In this document: in pieces, positions 10,077 through 21,964 of the stretch
Layout: every line of letters begins with the position of its first letter
Numbering within the stretch: position 1 is the first letter of the stretch
Assembly (NCBI RefSeq): GCF_963921235.1
Contig: NC_086107.1
Coordinates: forward strand, 110,734,001 to 110,798,000
Origin: Mobula hypostoma
Lineage: Eukaryota
DNA: 64,000 bases
Reading direction: 5' to 3'
The notes under the pieces: generated by a model
Databases searched by the model: none
Told to the model about the DNA's origin: nothing
The model's input: the letters and a program-made list of their open reading frames with translations, nothing else
Made by a program: the position numbers and the translations under genes

Positions 10077-11393
10077 CCCAGCCGACTCACAGGTGAAGTA
10101 TCACCTCACCCGGAAGGGCTGTCTGGGGCCCTGAATGGTGGTGAGGGAGGAAGTGTAAGGGCATGTGTAGCACTTGTTCGCTTACAAGGGTAAGTGCTAG
10201 GAGGGAGATAGGTGGGGAGTTTGCTTGAAATTCCAGCATCTGCAGATTTCCTCGTGTTTGAGTATTTTCCTTTGTTTGTATTGAGTGTAAGAGTATTGAA
10301 TAGTCCCTTTGCTCAATCAGATGGACTCTTGATCTCACGATCTATCTCACCATGGCCTTGTGCCTTTTTATCCGTCAGCATTGTACTTTCTCAGTGACTG
10401 TAATACTTTATTTTGAATTCTGTTATTTTACCTTGTAATACCTTGGTGTAGTGATGTGGATCACTGTACCTCAGTATATGTGGCACTAATAAACCAATTT
10501 ACCAATTTATCAACGGAATTCAAAGCTATTTTTTTCATTTATTTTGGATTCAAAGTTTTAATTAACACAGGAGTCTGCAGTGCTGCTGCCATCATTGAGG
10601 CATGGCTGAATGGTGGCCAGGACTGGCAACTCCCGGCAACCACAGCGTACAGAAATTTCAGGTGAGATTGAGGGTGACTAAAAGAGAAGGAGATATTGCA
10701 CTGTTAGTCAAAGATTGCAAATATTTCAGTATTGAGAGGGAATCTTCGAGAATAAGCGGGGAGGAAGTTTTGCACTGTTAGTCAAAGATTGCAATACTTG
10801 AGTATTAAGGGACAATAGAACATAGAACACAGAAGCTCACAGCACAGGGACAGGCCATTCAGCCCACAATGTTGTGCTGGACAAGCTAAAGAGCAAATCA
10901 AAAACACCAAGCACTAATCTCTCCTACCTACACCATGTCCATATCGCTCCATCTTCCTCGTGTTCACTTGCCTATCTAAACGTCTCTTAAAAGTCCATTG
11001 GATGCATTCCAGGCATCCACCACTCTCTGAGTAAAAAACTTACCCCTCACATCCCCCTTGAACCTACCCCTGCACACCTTCAAAGCAAGCCCCCTGCAAC
11101 CCTGGGAAACAGATACTCCCTGTCTATGCCTTTCATAATCTTATAAACCTCTACCAGATCTTCCCTCCATCTCCAGCACTCCAGAGAAAACAACCCAAGT
11201 TTAACAAGCCTCTCGTGATAGTGCATGGCCTTCTAGGATAGAACGTCCTAGAAGCTTCCTTAAATAAGGCAACATGGGTAGAGAATAGAAACAAAATTGA
11301 TGTCTCTTTGCGGTGGGTGTACGGACCTCCCAACAGTCAAGAGGCAATAAAGGAACAGATAAATAGACAGATATCAGTGAGATACAATTAAAG

Positions 11394-11617
11394 CAACACA
11401 CATAAAAGTTGCTGGTGAACGCAGCAGACCAGACAACATCTCTAGGAAGAGGTACAATCGATGTTTCGGGCCGAGATCTTTTGGACGAAGGGTCTCGGCC
11501 CGAAACGTCGACTGTACCTCTTCTTAGAGATGCTGTCTGGCTGGCCTGCTGCGTTCACCAGCAACTCTTATGTGTGTTGCTTGAAATTCCAGCATCTGCA
11601 GATTTCCTCGTGTTTGC
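11394..11617 (+). mobile_element. Fold-back PLE pLTR insertion
   Basis: Inverted arms centred near 11482 with a one-sided tail of about 37 nt; 15-bp TSD gagatacaattaaag at 11379-11393 and 11618-11632. Confidence 0.9.
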
Positions 11618-12043
11618 GAGATACAATTAAAGTAGGGTTGTTGGAATGGGAGGTTTCAAATTCCCAAGTATTAACTGGGATTGTCCTGGTGTTAAAGGTG
11701 CAGAAAAGATAGTATTTTTGAGGCGTGCCCCAGAGAGATTTTTTGAATCAGTATGAAAATAAAGGGCAAATGGGGCTGATCATCTGTAGTTGGCAGCTCA
11801 TCTAGGGGAAGGAAAACTCTGATCTCAAACCTCCGCTGCCTTGTGGCTACACCCACTCATGGGGAAGGCTTCGGGAGTAAAACCCGAGGGAAAAGTCTGG
11901 AGCTGGAGTCCCTAAGGTAGTCCTACATTGAGCTCAACGCTGACTGGCAACTCCTGTGATGCTGCTGGTGCCAAACTGTATCGGACTCTGCCGTTGCTTT
12001 GGGTTCACTGGCTGCATGGAGAGAGGGAGCTTGCTTCATGGTT

Positions 12044-12423
12044 ATAGTCATAGTCATAGTCCTAGTCATACTTTATTGATCCTGGGGGAAATTGGTTTTC
12101 GTTACAGTTGCACCATAAATAATAAATAGTAGTAAAACCATAAATAGTTAAATAGTAATATGTAAATTATGCCAGGAAATAAGTCCAGGACAAGCCTATT
12201 GGCTCAGGGTGTCTGACCCTCCAAGGGAGGAGTTGTAAAGTTTGATGGCCACAGGCAGGAATGACTTCCTATGACGCTCTGTGTTGCATCTCGGTGGAAT
12301 GAGTCTCTGGCTGAATGTACTCCTGTGCCCACCCAGTCCATTATGTAGTGGATGGGAGACATTGTCCAAGATGGCATGCAACTTGGACAGCATCCTCTTT
12401 TCAGACACCACCGTCAGAGAGTC
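12044..12423 (-). mobile_element. Rex1-type LINE, young family, short 3' end
   Basis: 'SEKRMLSKLHAILDNVSHPLH..ERHRKSFLPVAIKLYNSS' and a (GACTAT)n tail. Confidence 0.9.
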
Positions 12424-12539
12424 ATGGGCAACAGCTTGCTCTCCATATTGTACTGTCTGGATTTGTGTATCCAACAATGTAGATGGGAAGACGCAATATT
12501 CAGAGTTGACCATGCCCAACAGAGGGCCTCATGAAAATA

Positions 12540-13700
12540 GACCAGTGAGGGAAGGACTTTACCTAGACCTTATCTTGCAAAGTGTAGTTGGTCTAGTGGA
12601 AGGAGTGCCAATGAAGGATCAATTTAGAGAAAGTGACCTTAACTCTGTATATTCTAAAGTAGTTATGGGGATGGACCACTAATGAAAGTTCAAGGCCAAT
12701 TTCATTAGCATAAAAGGATCCTACCAACGCTGGATTAGGCACATTTACTTACAGGTATATTTACAAAGGAGAAATAGCAAGATCAGTTTGATTGAATTCT
12801 TTGAAAAGATACCAAAATGTACTGATGAGCGCATGGCTGTAAAAGTGATTTACTTGGACTTTAATAAGTCCTTTGAGAAGCTCCCACATGGGAGACTGAT
12901 CCAAAAGTTTTGGGCCCATGGGATCCAGGGTAAATTGGCAAAATTTGGCTTTGGCAGTAGGAGGTAGGAGGTGATGGTAGAGGGTTGTTTTAGTGACTGG
13001 ACACCTGTGACTAGTAATTCGTGCTGGGACCCTTGCTGTTTGCAATATAGGTGAAAGACTTGGATGTGAATGTGGGAGATCTTGATTGGTATGTATGCAC
13101 ATGACACAAAGATTGGCTGAATTGTTGACCGTGTGGAAGGTAGTCTTAGGTAGTGGAAGGATATCACTATATTGGTGAAATGGTCTGAAAAATGGTAGAT
13201 GGAATATAAACAAAACATGTGACGTATTTTTGGAGGACTAATGAGCCGAGGACATAAACGGTAATATCTGAGAAAGGATTGAGGGACAGAGGGACCTTGA
13301 AGTACAAGTCAATTGATCCATAAAGGTTTCAACACAGGGAGGTAACATGGACAGGACGGCACATGGGATAGTGTACATCATTAGTCGAGGCGTTGAATGC
13401 AGAAGTGCAGAGGCCAGGCTCCAGTTCTTTAAGACCTCAGTCGGACCTCAGCTGGTGTAACATGTACATTTCTGTTCACCATGTTATCGGAAAGGATGTG
13501 ATAGCGCTGGAGTGGACGCAGAGGAGATTCACCAGGGACTTGCCTGAAACGGAACAGTTCAGTATGGGAAGGGACTGGAGAAACTTGGGCTATTCCCACT
13601 GGGAACAGAGGAGATAAAGAGCAGTCATACCTAAGGTCATATAAATAAACAGCAGGGACCTTCACCACATTAGGGGTAGATAAATCTAGAGGGCATAGAT
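12540..13700 (+). mobile_element. Decayed CR1 LINE ORF2 fragments
   Basis: 'YLDFNKSFEKLPHGRLIQK', 'YAHDTKIG' and 'QRRFTRDLP' remnants. Confidence 0.75.
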
Positions 13701-13774
13701 TTGCCTGTTCTTGCAAATGTAGCTGAATTATCAAATTGTATCCACTATTAGAGATATTAGAGATTAGAAAAGGC

Positions 13775-14385
13775 GGGAGGAGAAGATGACGGCATGCCTG
13801 TGTGTGCGCAGCCCTCCGGTGAAAAGTGATATCATATCTGTTAAATAGGGGCTGTGGACAATTCTGATTTTATGGAGAATGGACGTGATAACACAGAGGA
13901 ACATCTGGAGAAATTCTGAAACGCCCGTTCGCTGCTGACGTTACTGTGTGGTCGTGAATCTTTCGGAGGGTAGGCCTCAAAATCCCCGGCCTTGCCTGCT
14001 TTTGGCGACCGAGAAGGAGGTGGAATTGTTCGGACAGAGATGGCGCTCAGTACTCGGTGTCGGAGAGTTGATCAGAACTCGAAGTTTTTGGATGACTCAG
14101 AGTCGGATTGTGGTCGGCTTGGCAGGGAGAGTTTTTCTTCCTTCTCTCGTCTGCGTAAGATGTGGGACATTTGAGAAACTTTGAACTTTACTGTGCTCAC
14201 AGACTTCCTTCATCAAGTTATTGTGCACTGTTGTAACTATATGATATAATTATACGGTTCTGTCAGTTTTTTCAGTCTTGGTCTATCCTGTGCTTTGTGA
14301 TATCACACCGGAGGAAATAATGTATCATTTCTTAATGCATGTATTACCAAATGACAATAAAAGAGGACTACGTGTCTTCATAATC
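13775..14385 (+). mobile_element. Non-coding retroposon family (second copy 22137-22720 on minus; third begins at ~63975)
   Basis: Reverse-complement homology between 13780-14385 and 22137-22720; 3' end 'aataaaagaggactacgtgtcttcataatc'. Confidence 0.8.
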
Positions 14386-15622
14386 CTATTGGACCTCCTA
14401 GGTTTTCTTCTATCTCTCTGCTTATCAATTCCACAAATCATTTTCTTCTTGGTCAATGTCAGACTTATCCATCTCTTCCATGATGACAGGTGAAAATACT
14501 AATTTACATCTGTACTTAACCTCTGCCCCCATGGCTGGTTCATCATGGTCCATCACACCTCCATCTTGAAGAGGCAATGCCTCAGAAAGGTGGCATCCAT
14601 CTATAAGGACCCCCATCATTCAGGACACGCCCTCTTCCCATCGCTACCATCAGGGAGGAGGCACAGAAGTCTGAGGGTACACACTCAACGTTTTAGGAAC
14701 AGTTTCTTCCCCTCCACCATCAGATTTCTGAACGGACAATGAACCAATCCAAATACACTACCTCACTATTTTTGCTGTCTTTCTGCACTACTTATTTACT
14801 TTGGTTTTCAAAAAATAGGTATTTCTTATTGTAATCTATAGTTTTTTTAATGTATTGGTTGTACTGCTGCTGTGAAACAATAAATTTTATGACATATGTC
14901 GGCGATAATAAACCCAATTCAGATTCTGATTTTGTTCGGTGATTGTTTCGGCCTCTGGAAGGAGGCGAGAGGTTGATGACCAGAGGGCGCAGGTTTAAGA
15001 TAATTGGCAGAAGAATCAGAACAGAAAGGAGACTTATTTTTCCACAGGGGTTTACGATCTGGAATGATCTGCCTTGTGGGGAAATAGAAGCCGACTTATA
15101 GTAACCTTCAGAAAGAATTGGATGTATTGAGGAGAAAATAGCTGTATAGACACAGAATGTGTAAGGGGGAGTAGAACTAATTGGATAGCTGTTTCAATTG
15201 GATACAGGATACAAATGGAATGTCTTTCTTCCTCTTTATGCTTCTAGCTGGCAGTGGTGCAGAAATTGTGGTGAGTAATGAACTGGAGACTTTGGCAGGT
15301 TAGTGGCCGAGGCTGGTTCATGGCCAGGATGCAGCAGACTGTGACGTATTGAGGAACTGTAATTGATTAGAAGTTAATGGAAGATGGAAGAAGATGATTT
15401 AGTGTCAGTTATAACCAGCTGAAACCATCAAAACTGGCCCGGATCCACCTGGGAGTCCAGGGCAATCACAAATCACTTTGTATTTTCAGACACAGTCGTG
15501 CAGTGAACAACACTATTGGTAGAATCCAGTCTTTGGCCATGACAGTTCAGTGCTGCACCATTTTGTACCTTCAAAGTTCAAAGTAAATTTATTACCAAAG
15601 TATGCAAATGTCACCATATATG

Positions 15623-15631
15623 TGGTAAACC

Positions 15632-15664
<33 letters not shown>

Positions 15665-15871
15665 AACAGGGTTACCTGTCTGGACACACCCCTCTGCTGA
15701 CCGCCCCTGTGGCTCCTCCCACAGACCCCTGAATAAAGGTGATTTCGCCCTGCTCCTCCCCCTCAGTCCAGGGGCAGACACGCAGCATGCTGGAAGTCAT
15801 ATTTTACTGCGAATAAAAGCCTTTCAGTATTTACCCTACTTCGGTCTTTTGGAATAATTGAAGGTGCTTCA
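15623..15871 (+). mobile_element. Solo LTR
   Basis: TG...CA termini, 5-bp TSD ATATG (15618-15622 and 15872-15876), internal AATAAA motifs; sits inside a LINE 3' UTR. Confidence 0.75.
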
Positions 15872-16005
15872 ATATGCTACCCTGAGATTCATTTTCTTGC
15901 AGGCATTCACGGTAGAACAAAGAAATACAGTAGAGTCAGTGAAAAGCTACACACAGAGACTGAAAAAATAGCCAATGTGCAAAAGGAGACAATCTATGCA
16001 AATGC

Positions 16006-16031
16006 AATAAATAAATAAATAAATAAATAAA

Positions 16032-16079
<48 letters not shown>

Positions 16080-16080
16080 T
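16006..16080. repeat. (AAAT)n(AAGT)n microsatellite
   Basis: Seen directly. Confidence 0.95.
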
Positions 16081-16254
16081 AAAACAAATAATACTGAGAA
16101 TGTGAGTTGTGGTGTCCTTGAAAGAGAGTTCATAGATTGTGTTCAGTGATTAGGTCAATGTTAAAGTGAGCGATACTTGAAGGGGTAAAATCTGTTCTTG
16201 AACTTGGTGGTGTGGGAGATAAGGCTTCTTCCCAAAGGCAGCAACGAGAATAGT

Positions 16255-16435
16255 GCACTCCCCCGCACCTTCTTGCTCTGACCTCTCATCTTTCTTTCCA
16301 GTCCTGATGAAGGGCCTCAGCTCGAAACGCCAACGACTTACTCTTTTCCATGGATGCTGCCTGGCTGGCTGAGTTCCTCCAGCATTTTGTGTGTGTTGCT
16401 GTGGATTCACAGCATCTGCAGATTTTCTTGTGTTT
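16255..16435 (+). mobile_element. Older PLE pLTR with degenerate hammerhead (16300-16338)
   Basis: AGTC-CTGATGA-A-GGGC-CTCA-GCTC-GAAA-CGCC, plus tail 'cagcatctgcagattttcttgtgttt'. Confidence 0.75.
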
Positions 16436-16688
16436 GAGAAGAGAGCATGGCCTGGATGGAGTGGGTCCTTGATGATGGAGACTGCTTTCCTGTGGCAATG
16501 CTCCTTGTGGATGTGTTCAATGGTGGGGGGAGCTTTTGCTAAGCAGGATTGGACTGTGTCCACCATCTTAATTGGCCTTCCTTTTGTTGGGCATTGGTTT
16601 TCCATACTAGGCCATGATACATCCATTCAGGATACTCTATTGTAAACCTACAGAAGTTCGTCAAAGTTTTAGATAACATGCCAACTCT

Positions 16689-17310
16689 CATAGTCATACT
16701 TCATTGATCCCGGGGGAAATTGGTTTTCGTTACAGTTGCACCATAAATGATAAATAGTAATAGAACCATAAATAGTTAAATAGTAATATGTAAATTATGC
16801 CAGTAAATTATGAAATAAGTCCAGGACCAGCCTATTGGCTCAGGGTGTCTGACCCTCCAAGGGAGGAGTTATAAAGTTTGATGGCCACAGGCAGGAATGA
16901 CTTCCTATGACGCTCTGTGTTGCATCTCGGTGGAATGAGTCTCTGGCTGAATGTACTCCTGTGCCCAACCAGTACATTATGTAGTGGATGGGAGACATTG
17001 TCCAAGATGACATGCAACTTGGACAGCATCCTCTTTTCAGACACCACCGTGACAGAGTCCAGTTCCATCCCCACAACATCACTGGCCTTACGAATGAGTT
17101 TGTTGATTCTCTTGGTGTCTGCTACCCTCAGCCTGCTGCCCCAGCACACAACAGCAAACATGATCGCACTGGCCACCACAGACTTGTAGAACATCCTCAG
17201 CAGCGTCCAGCAGATGTTAAAGGACCTCAGTCTCCTCAGGAAACAAACGGCTCTGACCCTTCTTGTAGACAGCCTCAGTGTTCTTTGACCAGTCCAGTTT
17301 ATTGTCAATC
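16689..17310 (-). mobile_element. Rex1-type LINE 3' fragment
   Basis: ORF 16832-17308 nearly identical to the C-terminus of 25058-25972. Confidence 0.9.
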
Positions 17311-17809
17311 TGCGCAGACTTCTAAGAAAGTAGAGGCCACTGCCATGCTTTCTTCGTCACGGTACCTATGTGCTGGTCCTAGAACAGATCCTCGGACATG
17401 ATAACGCTAAGGAATTTAAAGTTACAGATCTCTGGCCAAGTGAACCAATAAGCCTGCCACTGGGCCCTTAGCAACTGCTAGGCACTGATCCCTCAGCCAA
17501 TGCTTTTGGGATACGGGCAACACCAATGAGGCTACAATCCTTTTCTGCGGTCTCAGAACAAAGAAGCATCCTTCTCAAACTGAAATGAGGAAGAATCCCT
17601 TCAGCTGGAAGGCGGTGGCGAATCTCTGGAATTCGTTGCTACAGACACCAAAGCACTGGGTGCATTGAAGGCAGAGATTGATAGAAAAATACTGGAAGGA
17701 GAATTCGATGTTCACCTCACGAGGTTGGAGGCTAACTATTCAGAATATGTGTCGCTCCTTCACCTGTCATCGTGGCAGAAGAGGAGGCCGTGGGCCGTCA
17801 TGCCGGACG

Positions 17810-18250
17810 GTCTCCTAAGTTACAGAGAAAGGTTGAACAAGTTAGGCCTTTATTCTTTGGAGCATAGAAGGTTGAGGGGGGACTTGATAGAGGTATTTAA
17901 AATTATGAGGGGGATTGATAGAGTTGACGTGGATAGGCTTTTTCCATTGAGATTGAGGGAGATTCAAACAAGAGGACATGAGTTGAGAGTTAAAGGGCAA
18001 AAGTTTAGGGGTAACATGAGGGGGAACTTCTTTACTCAGAGAGTGGTAGCTGTGTGGAACGAGCTTCCAGCAGAAGTGGTTGAGGCAGGTTCGATGTTGT
18101 CGTTTAAAGTTAAATTGGATAGCTATATGGACAGGGAAGGAATGGAGGGTTATGGGCTGAGTGCAGGTCGGTGGGACTAGGTGAGAGTAAGAGTTTGGCA
18201 CAGACTAGAAGGGCCAAGGTGGCCTGTTTCCATGCTGTAATTGTTATATG
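17810..18250 (+). mobile_element. CR1 LINE 3' end
   Basis: LSYRERLNKLGLYSLEHRRLRGDLIEVFKIMRGID..TRGH..FFTQRVVAVWNELP; short ttatatgg tail repeats. Confidence 0.9.
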
Positions 18251-18925
18251 GTTATATATATGGGAATGGGGATAGGAATTAAAAAGGCTGGCCACAGGGA
18301 AATTCTGTTTTTTGCGGGTGGGGCTTTAGAGTTTCAGGTAGAAGGCAGGAGAACGGGGCTGGAAAAAAAGCCAGCCATGAATGATAGCTGAGCCAATTTC
18401 ATTGGGGTGAATAACTTAATCATGCCCCTGTATGATATGGTCTTATGGTTCTAATTTGACTTTTCCTCAAGGCATTAAGAATTAACTATGTGATGGAGTA
18501 TCTGAATCACAGCTATCCTTGCCTTCCCTGAGGACACTGGTGACCAACGGATTGTTATAAGACTTGGTAGCTCGCTTCATTGTTTAAGCATTGAAAACTC
18601 TTAGGGGGATGTAGGTCAAATATGGGCAAAGGGCACAGGCTTGGTGGGCACCGTGGGCCGGATGGGCTGAAGGGCCTGTTTCTGTGCTGTGTGACTCCAT
18701 GACTGTGCTTGCGAGACTGTCCAGCAACAGTGCTCAGTCTCGCAAGCTCTGTGTTCCTGTTAGACAATAGACAATAGGTGCAGGAGTAGGCCATTTGGCC
18801 CTTCAGTGAAGCTGAACGAGTACAGTGGGTACAGGATGATCCTGCATGGGATCAGCAAAGGTGAATATCCTGGCTCTTGGCAGCAGGCTCCTTTTGCAAT
18901 CGAAGGAGAAAGGCTGTGTGTTCAG

Positions 18926-19476
18926 GTTGGAGGAACAACACCTTATATTCCGTCTGGGTAGCCTCCAACCTGATGGCATGAACATTGACTTCTCAAACTT
19001 CCGTTAATGCCCCCCTCCCCTTTACACCCCATCCCTTATTTATTTATTTAACATATTTTTTTATTTTATCCCCTCTTTTTTTCTCTCTCTCTTTTTTCTC
19101 CCTCTGTCCCTCTCACTATAATTCCGTGCCTCCTCTCCCTGCTCTGGCCTCCCCTCCCCTCTTCTCTCTCTCCCCAGGTTTCCCGTCCCATTATCTTCTC
19201 CCTTCTCCAGCCTGGTATCCCTTTTGCCAATCAACTTTCCAGCTCTTAGATCCACCCCTCCCCTCCTGTCTTCTCCTATCATTTTGGATCTCCCCCTCTC
19301 CCTCTTACTTTCAAATCTCTTACTATCTCTTCTTTCAGTTAGTCCTGACGAAGGGTCTCGGCCCAAAACGTCGACTGTACCTCTTCCTAGAGATGCTGCC
19401 TGGCCTGCTGCGTTCATCAGCAATTTTTGTGTATGTTGCTTGAATTTCTAGCATCTGCAGATTTCCTCGTGTCTGC
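18926..19476 (+). mobile_element. Penelope-like element 3' end with hammerhead at 19341-19376
   Basis: 'LEEQHLIFRLGSLQPDGMNIDFSNFR*', then pLTR; hammerhead has GAAA>AAAA; TSD gtgttcag at 18918-18925 and 19477-19484. Confidence 0.9.
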
Positions 19477-19592
19477 GTGTTCAGATCTCTCTCTCCTTGC
19501 CTCCAGCTAATTAAGCCTTCACTAGTAATCTACATCCTTTGAAAATGCAATTGAATTCTGGGTTTCTTTAAATTTCTCCAGGTTAAAATAAC

Positions 19593-20095
19593 CAGACATC
19601 CCACCTCTCCCGGAAGTTCCGGGAGTCTCCTGCATATTAATAGTAGCTCCCTGATGCCCGCAAATTATATACAATGTCCCGGAAATCAATTTTTTTTGAG
19701 AGCGAGCGAGAGAGAGTGCGAGAGAGAGAGAGAGAGAGAGAGCGCGCACTATGGGAGAGGGTTCCAAAAAAAGAAAATATAAAACGTACGTCACCCCAGA
19801 CTACACTAAAGTGTACCCCTGCCTAATAGGAGTCAAAAATAATGACAGTGTTGCTCGCTGCACTGTTTGCAACAGTGACTTTTCTATTGCCCAAATAACT
19901 GTAAAAGACATGTTGAGGTGAGTTTAACGGGTGTCATTCGTTTATTAGCATAGCTAATGTTATTTAAACTAGCTGGCTAGCTGCTAAGGAGCTACTCTAT
20001 TGCAGACATCCCACCTCTCCCGGAAGTTCTGGGAGTCTCCCGCAAATTGATGGTGCTACCTCCCTGAAATGAGTTTTTGCAGGGTGGGATGTCTG
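19593..20095. mobile_element. MITE with CAG-initial TIRs (hAT-like)
   Basis: TIR cagacatcccacc / ggtgggatgtctg; left end repeated directly at about 20003; no clean 8-bp TSD seen. Confidence 0.7.
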
Positions 20096-20249
20096 CGTAA
20101 CAAAAGAACATAAGAAATAGGAGCAGGAGTCGGCCTTCTGTCCCGTCGAGCCTGCTCTACCATTTAATAAGATCATGGCTGATCTCCATCTACCTCCCTT
20201 TTCCCCATAATCCACAATTCCCCTGCTATAGAAAAATCCTGCTATTCCC

Positions 20250-20540
20250 CACGCTTACTTTTCCTCACCCGCCTATCACCTCCGCCAGTGCCCCTCCTCC
20301 TTCCCTTTCTCCCATGGACAACTCTCCTCTCCTATCAGATTCCTTCTTCTCCAGCCCTTGACCTTTTCGACCCACCTGGCTTCACCAATCACCTTCCAGC
20401 CAGTCTCCTTCCCCTCCCCCCACCTTTTTATTCTGGCATATTCCCCCTTACTTCTCAGTCTTGATGAAGGGCCTCAGCCTGAAACGTCAATTCATTTCCA
20501 CAGATGCTGCCTGACCTGCTGAGTTCCCCCAGCATTTTGC
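20250..20540 (+). mobile_element. Older PLE pLTR with degenerate hammerhead (~20457-20492)
   Basis: agtc-TTGATGA-A-GGGC-CTCA-GCCT-GAAACGTC. Confidence 0.7.
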
Positions 20541-20989
20541 ATAAGGCATGTGTTTTTAACCTCTGAAGGATCCAACAACTCTACTCCTTTTTCGTGGATT
20601 CTCTTCATCTCTCAGCCTCCCCATTGGCAGATGATCTCCGCATGCTCCGTCATGGTCCAAAGTGTCTCCAAGAAATGTTCTTTCCTCCTTTATGGTCTTA
20701 TTTCTTTGCTGCACGTCTTCTGTGGACCCCAGCAGTAACCCCCCCCCACCCCATTTCATAAAGAGAGAGGTCAGAAGGGTTAGTTTTATTTGTCACAAAA
20801 CATAGTGAAAAATGTCATTTTCGTCAAATCAAATCCGCAAGGATTGTGATGGGCAGCCCACGAGTGTCGCCACACCTCTGGTGCCAACATAGTGTACCTA
20901 GAACTCACTTATCCTAAACATGTATTTTTGGAATGTGGGAGGAAACTGGAGCACCTGGTGGAAACCCAAGCAGTTGTGGGAAGATAAAG

Positions 20990-21138
20990 GTTAACAAACA
21001 CAAAATGCTGGAGGAACTCAACAGGACTGGAAAGGAAGGGAGAAGAAGAAAGAATAAGAGGGTGGGGGGGGGTGTTTGGTGGAGGGGAAGACTGCACACT
21101 GGCTCTGAATTTCCAGTCTCTGCAGAATCTCTTGTCTT
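20990..21138. mobile_element. Short inverted PLE pLTR insertion, older subfamily
   Basis: Minus-strand pLTR arm followed by plus-strand tail; TSD gaagataaag at 20980-20989 and 21139-21148. Confidence 0.7.
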
Positions 21139-21800
21139 GAAGATAAAGATTAGCTTTATTTGTCATGTGTATATCAGATCATCGAAGCATACAGTAAAAT
21201 GCAACACTTGCGTCAAATCAGATCAGTGAGGATCGTGCTGGGGGCAGCCTGCAAGTGTTGCCATGTTTCCGGTGCTAACACAGCGTGCCCACAACTCACT
21301 AACCCCTAACTGTGCGACTTTGGAATGTGGGAGGAAATGGGGCCACTGGGAGGAAACCCACACAGTCACAGGGAGAGCGTAAAAACTCCACACAGACAGC
21401 GACGGAAATTGAATCCTGTTGGTGATCGCCAGTGTTGAAAAAACGATTGTGCTAACCACTACCGTATCGTGCCACCCAATAACAGATACCAGGGTGCCAC
21501 GGTAGCTTAGTGCTTAGCACAACACTAATACGGCTTGGGGTGTTGGAGTTCGGAGTTCTATTCCGGCACCATCTTTAAGGAGTTTGAATGTTCTCACTGT
21601 GACCTCTGGGTGCTCCAGTTTCCTGCTACAGTCCAAAGACGTTAGTAGGATAATTGGACATTGTAATTAGACTAGGGTTAAATAGTAAGTTCCTGGTATA
21701 ATATGTCTTTCCAGTTACCAAATAACGCTTAATACTATTGAAATAATACAAAATACTTTTATTTCTGTTTCCCCACCGTCTTCCTATTTTAACCAACATA

Positions 21801-21870
21801 CAGTACTTGTGCAAAAGTCTTAGGCACCCTAGCTACATATATGCGTGTCCCAGACTTTTGCACAGTGTTG
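21801..21870. mobile_element. 70-bp Tc1-type mini-MITE
   Basis: TA|cagtacttgtgcaaaagtcttaggcac...gtgtcccagacttttgcacagtgttg|TA. Confidence 0.75.
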
Positions 21871-21964
21871 TATTTCTAATTGTGGCTTATAGTTTGTAGG
21901 AGCCGTGTGTCTGTTCTCTATCTGCATTGTATTCTGTATTGCTTGTTTATTATGTTTATGTTTT

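Larger units (their letters stand above)
9395..10259 (-). mobile_element. Penelope-like element (Neptune-type): GIY-YIG fragment, pLTR and inverted tail
   Basis: GIY-YIG ORF and Cys-rich linker remnant (PCKR..KCYTCP); 10-bp TSD gagtattttc at 9385-9394 and 10260-10269. Confidence 0.9.

Noticed and set aside
18805..18925. Protein-like frame KLNEYSGYRMILHGISKGEYPGSWQQAPF
   Set aside because: No convincing splice acceptor, not recognisable, and wedged between repeat fragments
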